A stretch of DNA of 59,612 nucleotides, counting the filler, from Sphacelaria rigidula (Eukaryota), in assembly GCA_964200075.2 (NCBI GenBank). It is 7 parts of 7 records of this genome, joined end to end, with 100 filler letters (N's around TTAATTAATTAA, not from the genome) between each part and the next. Parts side by side here need not be neighbours in the genome. Positions count along the whole stretch, not along the records: positions 1 to 8,431 come from CAXNAA020011148.1; positions 8,532 to 16,962 come from CAXNAA020011149.1; 5 more parts are not named here. The stretch is one strand, 5' to 3'. The translations under genes were made by a program, and so were the position numbers. A model generated the notes under the pieces. That model was given only the letters and a program-made list of their open reading frames with translations, searched no databases and had not been told where the DNA came from. Positions 1 to 10,323 of the stretch are shown one piece after another (the first letter of the stretch is position 1; each line of letters begins with the position of its first letter).

Positions 1-47
1 CCCTACAAAGCCGGGACGGAGCACGCCGGGTTCTCGCCGGACCAGGC
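1..47 (-). mobile_element. Family A (non-coding partner of the poly(C)-associated LINE), fragment at contig end
   Basis: The reverse complement matches 7135-7183 and 9699-9745, and a G-run follows. Confidence 0.8.
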
Positions 48-501
48 AAGGGGGGGAGGGGGGGGGGAATTCTGCTGTTCCCTACGCCGTTGTACCCCCT
101 CGTGTTGCATTCAATACTACGGTTGATATGTTCGACAGTAACGGCTTCGTGTTGCAGAAAGGGCGATTGCGAACAAGGATTGTTATGCCTCAAGTACCAA
201 AAAAGGCTTCACTCGATTGAACACCGGGGCGAAGAGACGTTGCGCTAATGATGTATAGGGTATAATAAAGACGATGACCAATATACTAAGTGTATAATAT
301 AAATAGATAATAGTACAGTAATAACAAGAAGGAAGTAGAAAATGTCGGCCCCTGCAGCTTGGCTTCAGGTAAAAAAAAAAAAAAAACATGCTGCAAAATA
401 AATAAATAATAATAACATGCACTAATCATGCACTCATACACGAAAATCAAAATACATTTAAATATATACATTGTATACACATACATGAATACGATTTGCA
501 G

Positions 502-599
502 GAAGCCCGCGGCAATCACCCCTCCTATGGGGACGGTGTGGACGGCATCGGAGGCGTGGACCAAATGTCCAGCGCCATTCACTGGGGACCCCACTATAA
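502..599 (+). CDS. GH16 beta-1,3-glucanase (laminarinase/GNBP-like) internal exon; 5' part of the gene lies outside the window
   Basis: Acceptor ttgcag| at 500-501 and donor |gtgagt at 600. Translates EARGNHPSYGDGVDGIGGVDQMSSAIHWGPHY, matching the GH16 laminarinase/GNBP segment ...E(S/A)RGN...S(T/A)(L/I)HWGP. Ends in phase 2. Confidence 0.88.
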
Positions 600-1592
600 G
601 TGAGTGTATCGTATAGCCTGTTTCTCGCATTAGTTCACCTCAGAATCGGATGAGAAAACCCCGCCTCGCCCAGCCATTTTTTTTTTTAGCGTATGTTGTT
701 GGTACTTGTCGCCATTGTTAATTTTTAAGATCCGGCGGGGGGATAAGTACTAAAGAGCTCTTGACCATAACAGCTGTTCAAAATTTCATGATTGATTAGT
801 TTTCATCACCCTCTCTACCTCCCCGTTTGAAAGGTATAGGTATAGTTGCGGGTAAGTGTCCAGACCGAAGCTTCGAGGGGGGGTTCAAGTTACCCCAGGT
901 CCGGGGTCGTGGTGAAGTCACGTCATCTGGTTTCGAAGAACATACATGAAGAAGGAAAAAAATCTCCGGTGTCTGTGCTGTAACGTCAAATCGTACTGTA
1001 CCCTAAATGGTCCTTTTATTGAAGTGTACTGTCTATATCATGAGCTTGGGCTGAAAGGTCTGCAGATGCCGAACCAAATATGAATTCCAAGGTCGTGTTG
1101 TGTAGGCTATACCCCGAAATGTCTATTTTTTTTGGTTGGCACACTAAACCATACCGGGATGTGTACCGAATATCCCGGTCTGGTTCTGCACGGTATCGAA
1201 ACCTGTTGTGAACACTTCGAGTATGGTTTGGAGAAGGCATTTACCGATTAAATACCCCTCTTTTAACTCGTTAAATACCGATATGTATCATTTCAGCCGG
1301 TATACCCTTCAGATCATGACCTCGTTTATGTTAGATCAGCGTAACGAGCCGTGTCCCCCCGCCCCGCGCCTCCGACTATTTTTCGAGTAAATTTCGTTGA
1401 GTGTCCAGTCACCATCCAAGATTCAAAAATCGGTTTATAATCTGAGCATATCGCAACCACTCCTCGAAATATGACGCGGAGTTTTGGTGTTTCGGCCGCA
1501 GTGTTACTGTCATATTCCCCCCCCCCCCAACACATGCACACACCTCCCATTCCATCACCTCCCCCCGGATTTTCCGTTTTGCTGGTTGACAG

Positions 1593-1695
1593 CATGGACT
1601 CGTGGGACCAGACATACAAGGTTAAGAAGCTCGATGAGGGTACATTCAACGATGATTTCCACACCTTCGGCCTGTACTGGGACGAAATGGAGATG
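1593..1695 (+). CDS. GH16 glucanase exon
   Basis: Acceptor tgacag| and donor |gtgagt. Phase 2 start joins the previous exon (AA+C=Asn). MDSWDQTYKVKKLDEGTFNDDFHTFGLYWDEMEM carries the canonical GH16 DFHTFGLYW motif. Confidence 0.92.
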
Positions 1696-2106
1696 GTGAG
1701 TTTTCACGTTGTACGGTGCACTCGATTACTCGTGTTATGACGTTGTATACGGTAGGGTACAGAAAAGTCTATCTTGTATCTAATGGCAAACGGCTGGATT
1801 CCTCACGGATCAATAAAACGTGCGACCATCAATCAGTATTTTTTCTACTGTGTCTTGTTCCATTCCCCACTTTTTTTTTCTGCGGGCCCCGGTTGACCCT
1901 TATTGTAAGTGCCCAAGGCTTTCTGTTCCGAGAATGCGGCCCGACAGTCCCGCGAACGTCTAGAGTATGGCCACTCTATGCGCTAAATGGCCCGTTTATG
2001 GCCCATCGGAGGCTAAATCAGACAGGAGTGCTAACGTTTTCTCAAGAACGGCACATGTAGCAGTATATGGCCACGGTTGAGGAGGCGGGTTGGAGTTTTG
2101 CGCACT

Positions 2107-2210
2107 GTGTGTGTGTGTGTGTGTGTGTGTTGTCATCCCATCTATTCTGGACGCCGGTCTACACCTTTCTGTATATGTGGGTGTGCGGGGGTCACACAGG
2201 AGGAAGGCTT
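2107..2210 (-). mobile_element. tRNA-derived SINE family C, 3' fragment with (CA)n tail
   Basis: (GT)n followed by tgtcatcccatctattctggacgccgg...gtcacacaggaggaagg, homologous to 27595-27720 and to the reverse complement of 5970-6100. Confidence 0.8.
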
Positions 2211-2311
2211 TATCTAAAAGGGTTACAGCGTTTCGCGGTTTACTTTTTCTGGATATCATAAAAGAAGAAAAATGAAATGTTGGCGTCATTCTTCAGATTA
2301 AGAAAGTATTG

Positions 2312-3061
2312 CAAGGGTAGGTCAAGTAGAGTATGTACTTTTGAGTACTCGAATAAAAAACTCAAGTTTTTACTCTACTCAAATACTGAGGGAGCACTCT
2401 CAGTAATACTTGAGTATAGAGTATCACTCGAGTATGACCTCAATACTCAAATTTTGAGTAGATTGAGTATGATCTCAAATACTCTACTCGAATAATTGAG
2501 TAGGTTGAGTACCACCTCCAATACTCTACTCAAACTTTGAGTAGGCACTCTCAGTAATACTTGAGTATAGAGTATCAATTGAGTATGACCTCAATACTCT
2601 ACTCCATTTTTGAGTAGGTCGAGTACAACCTCAAATACTCAACTCGAATAATTGAGCAGGCTGAGTACGACCTCGAATACTCAACTCAAATTTCGAGTAG
2701 GTCGAGTACGACCTCAAATACTCTACTCAAATTTCGAGTACGTTGAGTACGACCTCAAATACCCGACTCAAATATTGAGAAAGCACTCTCAGTAATACTT
2801 GAGTATAGAGTATCACTTGAGCATGACCTCAGTACTCTACTCGAATAAATTGAGTAGGTCGAGTACGACCTCAAATACTCAATTCAAACTGTGAGTACTA
2901 AAAGTATGACTCTTCAAAAATACTGAGTATTGAGTATACTCTACTCGAATAATTGAGTAGGTTGAGTACGACCTCGAATACTTGACTAAAACTTCGAATA
3001 CTTAAAGTATGACTGTTCAAAAATACAGAGTATTGAGTATACTCTACTCGACCTACCCTTG
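2312..3061. mobile_element. hAT-like non-autonomous DNA transposon (MITE) filled with a ~41-bp tandem repeat
   Basis: 23-bp TIRs caagggtaggtcaagtagagtat / atactctactcgacctacccttg (1 mismatch). The 8-bp flanks aagtattg / gaatattg match 6/8. The interior is made of gagtaggtcgagtacgacctcaaatactctactcaaattt-like units. Confidence 0.8.
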
Positions 3062-3929
3062 GAATATTGTTGTCAAGACACCCAGGAAGCTAAGATTATT
3101 TGTACCCTACGGGGTCTGCCTGTCTTGCCGAGACCCGAAAAATCGTGGGGAAGAAGGCCAGTTGACCATTTCAAGCTATGAGGGTGGTGCCTGGTAGCTG
3201 GGTACCCTATGCTTGACAGTAGAGCTTTAGCTTTTGGCGAAAATCTATGGTTGACAGGATGACCACTTGATTCCAGAGCGAAGAAAGTTCCCGAGAAAAT
3301 TTATTGTTGGGGGCAGGTGAGTAGTGGACCCAGCTCGTCCACAACGTCTTCTTGGTCGAATCGGTGCCGGCGACGTAGATTTCAGGTCTGCCAACGCCCA
3401 CTTTGTCCAGGATACTTTGCACCCAACTCGCCCGAGGGTTCACGTTTTTTTTTTTTTTAGTTTTTCAAACCCCTAGGGAAGATCTTAATGTACAGAAACT
3501 TCTCCATGAATCAAACTCCCCGTTCTCGCCTTTATTAAACGTTTCCAGCTACGAAATTTTGTTTCAAGCAACACAAGAGGTGCATTTCCCCTTCCCTGAA
3601 ACGCCGTTCCTCATGTACAATTTCCCGATATGTATGATGAAAAAAAAACTGTAGCCTCGTATTTCTTCACGCCTTTCGGAAGCCAACAAAAGCGCCTCCT
3701 GTACCCATTTTTTTCAGTCGTTTTGAGGGTTTCGATTTTTTTTGTTCGTAATCCCGTTCATGAATTTCAACACAAATAGACCCAGCCGTGAGTGCTTCCG
3801 TTGTTCAAACTATTCATGTACACGAAAATGGCGAATTTCCAACAGCAGGTTCAACCTCACCGCAGTGTTGAACCCCCCATTTTCCAGGGGACTCCCCTAG
3901 AGCATATGATACCTGGCGACTTCATCACA

Positions 3930-4080
3930 ACAAAAGTAGTAGCTGTGGTGCATATCCACCACGTGGTCGGTAGTCGGCGTATGCTGAGGGTGGGAGGGGA
4001 CGTGCATTTTACATATAGCACCCCACCCCCACAATCGGGCTTGCTCAGTCGAAATAGACCTTCCGACACCTACATGCAAG
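3930..4080 (+). repeat. Dispersed repeat family F
   Basis: Homologous to the reverse complement of ~21510-21710 (tatatccaccRcgtggtcg; gtatgctg..ggggacgtgcatttt; gggcttg.tc.gtcga; ttccgacaMctacat). Confidence 0.65.
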
Positions 4081-4692
4081 CCAATCACTGTACTTGAATC
4101 AGATACGTCTGGGAGAAGGAAAAAAAGAAGCCAAACTATAATATAGGTATAGCACACCCTGGACAATATATGCTCAATAGTTGCAACAGACAAGAAACGT
4201 ACTGCATAAAGTATGGGTCTATTGCAACTATTGCCGGCCGACAATAGTCGCAAGAAGCGTATACTTAATGCAGTACACTTCTCGTCCATTGCATACATTG
4301 ACCATATATTGTCCAGGGTATGAGATATATATACAGACGTATCTGGTGGGAATCGGTCTTGCGTTTTCCCCGCCTTTATAGTGTCAGTTGTACCATTGCT
4401 ATTACCATTGCACCGCTAGGATGCGTTGTCCGCACAGTAAAACCGCACAGTTTTGAAGCATGAGTTTCGGGGGGCGCCGGGTTCCAGACCGTAACTGTAG
4501 GAATTGATTGGATCAGCTCTCCCGCAGTCGACGTTTTTTTCTTGGAGTTATTTGTGCTTTTTTTTTCCTCCATCAGTGCTATCTGAGGTATGACTGTGTT
4601 TACACTTTTCCCACGACGGAGTCTGGTGAGACAAATATTGCCTTCTCAAGCAAAATGATCGCACCTTTCCCCCCTTTTCCCCCTTTCCCCCA

Positions 4693-5245
4693 GTGCTCCG
4701 CTTCGACAAGGATGAGTGGTCAATTATCAGATGACTAAGGCGAGCAAAAAATGAGTACGCCCCCCCCCCCGTGTGAAATTATTTGGTACATTAGACTGTA
4801 GCGAGAAAACGATCGCTAAACTAGGAGATGAATGATGGTGGCAGGCGACGGCGAAACAGGAAGGAGATACGATATGTATAAGGGTTTTGTATAGTGTTTA
4901 GGAAGAAAACGTAATGAACGCCGAAATGTTGGAGGCGTCTCCATCAGGAGTAGGAATGGTGCTGCTCCGTCATGTCTCGAAAGGGATACGTGGTCAATGG
5001 TCAAACGACTAAGGTGAGCAAGATATGAGTACGCCCCCCGTCCCGTCCCGTCCCGTCCCGTCCCGTCTCCCCTCTCCCGCCAGTGCTCCGTCTTGGAATG
5101 GATGCGTGGTCAATGGTCAAATGTCTAAGGCAAGCAACAAATGAGTACGCCCCCCGTCCCCTTTCCCCCCACTGCTCCGGCTCGAAAGGGACGGTGGGCA
5201 ATGGTAAACTGATGAAGGTAAGCAACACACGAGTATGCCCTTCCC
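4693..5245 (+). mobile_element. Intronic cluster of four LINE 3'-end copies (family B): 4693-4770, ~4800-5039 (longer LINE fragment), 5083-5155, 5173-5245
   Basis: Each carries a variant of gtgctccgtctcgaaagggatgcgtggtcaatggtcaaacgactaaggcaagcaacgaatgagtacg followed by a C-rich run. 4800-4985 aligns with the reverse complement of 34250-34415. Confidence 0.85.
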
Positions 5246-5329
5246 GTCCCCCCACCTCTACCGCGGGTGCCCTTCTGCCTGTCCGCCGCGAAAATCGTGC
5301 CCTTCCTTGGACGACGCCCGAACCGACAG

Positions 5330-5551
5330 TACACATACGTAGACCACCCCGACAACAGGGTCCTGACCGTGGACTTCGGAGACGGCACGGACGTGGAGGG
5401 GTTCTGGGAAAAGGGCGAGTTCGAGAAGCGCTTCCCGGGTATGGCGAACCCATGGAAGGGACGCAGCGTGTCGGCACCGTACGACCAGAGGTTTTACATC
5501 GTGATGAACGTTGCGGTTGGAGGCGTCAGTGGATTCTTCCCCGACGGCATG
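5330..5551 (+). CDS. GH16 glucanase exon
   Basis: Acceptor cgacag|, donor |gtgaga, 74 codons in phase 0. YTYVD...FWEKGEF...NPW...APYDQRFYIVMNVAVGGVSGFFPDGM matches the APFDQxFYLILNVAVGG signature. Confidence 0.95.
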
Positions 5552-5742
5552 GTGAGAGGCCTTTTTTTTTTTTCGCGAGATGTTGTCCTATCAGACAGAT
5601 CACCTCATTTGTTGGGACTGCTTGCTCTATTGATATAGATAGATGTGTGTGTCGTATTATATCTATTAATATATGGAATATATACTTTGAAAGTGTAACA
5701 TTTGTAGATGTAGCAAAATGTTAACTGGAGGTGGAGGAGGCG

Positions 5743-6057
5743 TGTGGGTTCGAATCTCGGTGAAGAAGTCGCACGATCTGGGACTTATTTTTCTTCTCAA
5801 GTAATGCCCAACAGTGGAGAGCGACCATGCCGTGGGTACATGAAGTTCGACTTCACGGTTGACGAGGGAAAGGGACCGCTGAACTCCTCTCGCGATCAAA
5901 GAAAAAATGAGGCAAGCCCCGCAGAAGGAAGGTGGAGTACGTAAACAAAAAACAAAAAAATCTCGTGTGTTGGCCTTCCCTGTGTGACCCCCGCACATGC
6001 GCCCGCACATACCGAAAGGTGTAAGCTGGCGTCTAGAATAGATGGGACGACAGCACG

Positions 6058-6100
<43 letters not shown>
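5743..6100 (+). mobile_element. tRNA-derived SINE family C, near full length with (CA)n tail
   Basis: B-box GGTTCGAATC at the 5' end. Body shared with 9903-10198, 21728-21960, 27595-27850 (minus) and 45559-45770. Ends in (GC)n(AC)n. Confidence 0.82.
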
Positions 6101-6102
<2 letters not shown>

Positions 6103-6535
6103 CACTACGCACTACGCAGTACATACAAGCACGGAAAATGCGCAGCATAGATTAAGCACAGCTGCAGACAGCAGACAGTACAGCGGTCGGTGTTTTGTAC
6201 ATCAAGTTGATGATCACAAGTGTCGCCCGGGTGAAGGCACCCTGATGTCATTTTCCGGAGTTCCAAGACGCGGTTTCGGAGAATGTTTCGATCGAGAAAA
6301 GTCTGTCGGTAAAAAGTCAGAGCCCAAACGTTCTTCATCATCTGTTCTGGGATCATTCGTTGTTGTGATTGTTTTTGTTCTTCGGCGTGAAATGCTCCCA
6401 TGAGAGGAGTAGTCTGTTGCGCGTTGGATAACACCCGACCGCACCAGTCTCTCTTTTTTTTTCTCCCGTTCATTTTACTCGACACGCCTGTTTCTTGGTG
6501 TGTTTGTGCGTGTGTCGATGGTGTGTTTTCAATAG

Positions 6536-6640
6536 GGCAACAAAGTATGGCACAACAAGGATTCGGATGCTGCCATGAAGTTTTTCGAGGCCACACCGGA
6601 ATGGTACAAGACGTGGAACAAGAAAGATTCGGCTATGCAG
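6536..6640 (+). CDS. GH16 glucanase exon
   Basis: Acceptor caatag|, donor CAG|gtgcag, 35 codons. GNKVWHNKDSDAAMKFFEATPEWYKTWNKKDSAMQ resembles the KPW.N....A...FW.....W..TW segment of GNBP/laminarinase-type GH16. Not present in the ORF track. Confidence 0.9.
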
Positions 6641-6765
6641 GTGCAGTACAGGACATTGGTGGCTGTGTTTTTTCTTCACACACTTCTAATTCTCCCTTAG
6701 CAGGGATGCGAGGTCACTTGTCTCTAGACTTCAGCATGCAAGACTATAAGTACACCTCCCCCTAG

Positions 6766-7226
6766 CCGTTAAAGGGTTGGCGTCGGTTGGCAACTATGTT
6801 ACCGCGGGGTTTTTTCTCTTGCGTTTTTTGCGCGATAGCCATGATTGTGGTCGAGTTAGATCATGTTGTGCGGGGTGGAGAACCCGCATGCCGCGCAAGG
6901 GAGATGATCGTACTACGTAATGTTGAAATGGTAGGACACCGTTCTTGAGACAGTGTAGCCCATGACTTGGTCTCTGGGAGTAGCGACACCCGAAAATGAA
7001 GCAACTCATTCGAGGTCATCACCCGTATGCATAGTAATTGATACGCCTCGCACTAAACAATCTTGGTAGGGTGCCGCTCACCCTTCAGGCGACTTTCCGA
7101 ACACATCACGGCGCTTCGCGCTTGGTGATAGCGAGCCTGGTCCGGCGAGAACCCGGCGTGCTCAGTCCCGGCTTTGTAGGGATTCGGGGTCATTAGTCTC
7201 ATTACTACGACGTGCAGTACGGCGAG
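6766..7226 (+). mobile_element. Family A element, apparently full length (~460 bp)
   Basis: Collinear with 9296-9800. Preceded by a C-rich tract, no sustained ORF, and the 3' end is a degenerate copy of the shared GTGCTC...GAGTAC module. Confidence 0.8.
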
Positions 7227-7382
7227 CTCTCGGTATGCCTTGGGTGGGGTAAGGGCTAACATTAGCGTTAGCGTAATTTCAATGCCATACATTTCAGCGA
7301 AAATTCTTCAGCCTACTACAACCAAGACGCAATATGACTTCGTCGACTCTGCTCCTCGGCTCCGCTGATTGACTGTCAACAG

Positions 7383-7754
7383 GTGGAATCGGTGAAGGTC
7401 TGGCAGACCAAACCCGACTACTTCCTCGACGCCCATGCAGCTTCGTCCATATCCAAAACCAACCCGGACGGTAGTGTCATCGCTACCCCCGCCGACGGCG
7501 CAACTATGACTGCCGCGGTGATCGACCAGGCGGCCGGACAGGAAGCCAGTGCTGCCCCTGCGTCCCACTCGACCAGCTCGATGCTGGGGTATGTCTTCTG
7601 TGCCGTAGGGGGCGGGGTGATCGGTGCTGCTTTAGTGGGGTGGGTGATGATCAGGCATAACAAGCCGGCGGTAGGGCTCGTGGGCAGTTCGTTCGGCGGT
7701 GCTGCTATCGGCGGTGCTTCCTACCAGACTATTCAAAGCGGGGGGGTTAACTGA
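7383..7754 (+). CDS. GH16 glucanase terminal exon: end of catalytic domain, Ala/Ser/Thr-rich stalk, transmembrane helix and short tail
   Basis: Acceptor caacag|. Splicing gives AMQ|VESVKVWQ, the typical GH16 C-terminal strand. This is followed by a low-complexity linker, hydrophobic MLGYVFCAVGGGVIGAALVGWVMI, basic RHNK and stop TGA at 7752-7754. Confidence 0.9.
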   Translation: MESVKVWQTKPDYFLDAHAASSISKTNPDGSVIATPADGATMTAAVIDQAAGQEASAAPASHSTSSMLGYVFCAVGGGVIGAALVGWVMIRHNKPAVGLVGSSFGGAAIGGASYQTIQSGGVN

Positions 7755-8431
7755 AGTTGACGATCAAAAAATGAATCATGTATATACTCCGGAGTATATA
7801 CATATTCTTTATTTGCTTTGTTGGCACAATGTGACAAATTACAAGTTACTGATGACAGCTAAAAGTCGTTTTTCTTTTCAACAAGGAGAAAAAAAGAAGT
7901 TGTGATTTGGTGCTGTGTTGTGTTGGTGTAGCGGGTAAATTAGTCATGTTCTAGCCTTTGTCTTGTTTGCTTTTTTTTTTGGTGAGCGTCCTGCTCGCCT
8001 CCTGGCTGCCTCCGCCTCTGAGCGGGTACTATAGAATGACCAAGACACCTCAGTACAACTGAAATACTAGACTAAACCCTTGGATCTAGAGTTGGCATCC
8101 AATGGCATTAGATCTTCGGTGCGTGGAATAGAGATGCAAGAAAATAAAAACATCTGATGTCATCACTTTCGTTTTTTGCGGTTTCGCGGCGTTTTAGGTA
8201 CGCGGCCTGCTTACTCGCCTGCCAGCGCACTATTAATCGTGCAGCAGTCATTCTCTACAGCAAGCGTGGAGTGATTTTGCCTGAGTAAAGTCTGTCCCGC
8301 AGAGCTCCGTCTTGATAACTTTCGATTTGTCAATCGGGGGGGGGGGGGGGGGGGGGGGGTCATCATAAACCGACGGGGGTCCCCTACCCCCCCCCCCCTG
8401 GGGGGGGGAAGTTTTTTTGTTTGGTTTTTTT

Positions 8432-8531
8432 NNNNNNNNNNNNNNNNNNNNNNNNNNNNNNNNNNNNNNNNNNNNTTAATTAATTAANNNNNNNNNNNNN
8501 NNNNNNNNNNNNNNNNNNNNNNNNNNNNNNN
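8432..8531. other. Artificial contig spacer (N44-TTAATTAATTAA-N44); identical spacers at 16963-17062, 25493-25592, 34023-34122, 42553-42652, 51083-51182
   Basis: 100-bp N blocks containing a six-frame stop linker, recurring every 8530-8531 bp. Confidence 0.98.
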
Positions 8532-8635
8532 TCGGGTTTGGGTTGTTTTTTTTTGTTTTTTTTAAAATGATGCTCGTTTTCTTTATTTAATAAAGAGTTT
8601 TGTTGGGCCCACCCCCCCCCCCCCCCCCCCCCCCC

Positions 8636-8686
8636 TCAATGGTCTGATGACTATGGCAAGCATGATCATGAGTACACCCCCCCCCC
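8636..8686 (+). mobile_element. Family A extreme 3' fragment between two poly(C) runs
   Basis: tcaatggtctgatgactatggcaagcatgatcatgagtac with C-runs on both sides. Confidence 0.75.
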
Positions 8687-9295
8687 TCAGAAGGTCGAAA
8701 ATAAAAAATTGGGAGTGTGGGTCCAGGAATATTTTTTTTGTGTCCTCGAGAAATATAAAATTTTCTCCGTCTCGACCAGCGCATGCAATTGAACAACGCT
8801 AGCAACACCCACGATTCGCTGTGCGTGAGCAGCTCGAACCCGAGGAGTTTAGGTGTCTTCCGTTTGGGAAGGATATTGGTTTCCATCCCGCCCTGGGTCA
8901 GAGGTTGAAATTAGCGAAAAAACGGTAATATCCACTTGGATGATGACATTTGTATCATATTGCCTCCATGCCCACATCACTTGGGCTTGGTGAAGGATTT
9001 CATTGCTCCAGACTGAAAATATATTGATTTCAGTGTACTGTAGTCGATCATACTTGGCTTCAGTATAGTAAAACATATGTGGTTCTAGTGTCTGCTTGGT
9101 TTCAGTCTGGTCAAAAACTACTTGCTTTCACTGCGATTGCAGCCCACTTGCCTCGGCCCCTGCTGCGGTGGGGCCGCCACACGTACCCCGTGGAATGTCC
9201 TGGCACTGCGCATCACTTTCTCTCGTCATTATCCATGGTACTCAGGGGACAAACAATCCACAACTAGGGTATCCGCCCCACCCCCCGACCCCCGA

Positions 9296-9800
9296 TGGGT
9301 TGTCATCGGTTGGCAATGACGCTGTGAAATACGCCATTAGCTGCGTAAGCTAGGCAACCAGGTTACCGATTTGTTTTTGCGCTTGCGTCTTTTGTTGCGG
9401 TGACCATGATGGTAGTCGAGCTAGATCATGTTGTGCGACGTGGGAGAACCTCAACTCCGCACAAAGAGGATCGTACTACGTCGTGTTTATATGATGAGAC
9501 ACCCATGAAGCAGGGTATAAGCCGTGGCTGTCTCTGGAAGTGGCGATACCACAAAACAAATCAACTCGTTGCAGGCTGTCATCCAAATGCAAGATAATCA
9601 ATAGGCCTCGGGCCGAACAAGCTTAGCAGGATGCAGCTCACCCTTCATGCGAATCGCTGAACACACCACGGCGCTCCGCGCTTAGTGATTGAGTGCGAGC
9701 CTGGTCTGGCGAAAACTTGGCGTGCTCCGTCCCGGCTTTATAGGGATGCGAGGTCAACGATCTCATGAGTATGGTATGCATGATCATGAATACCCCCCGC
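9296..9800 (+). mobile_element. Family A element, apparently full length
   Basis: Collinear with 6766-7226. C-rich tracts on both sides (9276-9293 and 9793-9812). Ends catgatcatgaatacccccc. Confidence 0.82.
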
Positions 9801-9902
9801 CCGCGCGCCCCCTCTCAGCCTCACCGATAATGAGCTTTCCCACGAGCTGGCCCAGCCTCGAAATAAATATGACCGTTACAGGCGGTTTAGCAGCTCAGTT
9901 TT

Positions 9903-10198
9903 AGGTTCAAATCTCGGTGAAGTTACACGATATGGGTTTTGCCTCACATCATGCCCAAGAGGACAGCGACTATACCTTGACTACACAATAGTCGTCTCCA
10001 CGGTCGACGAGAGAAAGGAACTGCTGAACCGTTCTCGCAATAAAAAGTAAGGCAAGCACCACAGAAGTAAAGTTGGAGAGCTGTAATAAATAATGAGAAT
10101 TCCTGTGCTGACCTTCCTCCTGTGTGACCCCGTCTTCTGCGCCCACACATATCGAAACATGTAATCTGGTATCCAGATTAGATGGGATGCCAACACAA
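9903..10198 (+). mobile_element. tRNA-derived SINE family C
   Basis: ggttcaaatctcggtgaag B-box start; body homologous to 5743-6060. Confidence 0.78.
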
Positions 10199-10323
10199 CG
10201 CCCAGTAAGGTATGAGTTACGGAGTGGAAACAAGATCCATTTTCCACAAGAAGTCCTTGACTCATGGACAAAAGCAAGACTCACAGTCCGAATGCATTTT
10301 GTTTATTTTACCCTTGCGATACT

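Noticed and set aside
2390-3000. CRISPR-like array
   Set aside because: Units are contiguous degenerate repeats with no unique spacers, enclosed by TIRs inside a eukaryotic intron, and no cas genes are present.
5083-5245. Hammerhead ribozyme in the B module (GAAA; CTGATGA at ~5209)
   Set aside because: The consensus lacks the CUGANGA core. CTGATGA appears only in degenerate copies without correctly placed GAAA and stems.
5083-5724. 213-aa ORF and similar recurrent MLRLERDAWSMVKRLRQA ORFs
   Set aside because: Off-frame readings of the B repeat and the GH16 exon.
8476-8487. Periodic TTAATTAATTAA motif as a biological signal
   Set aside because: Embedded in N blocks; it is an artificial six-frame stop linker.
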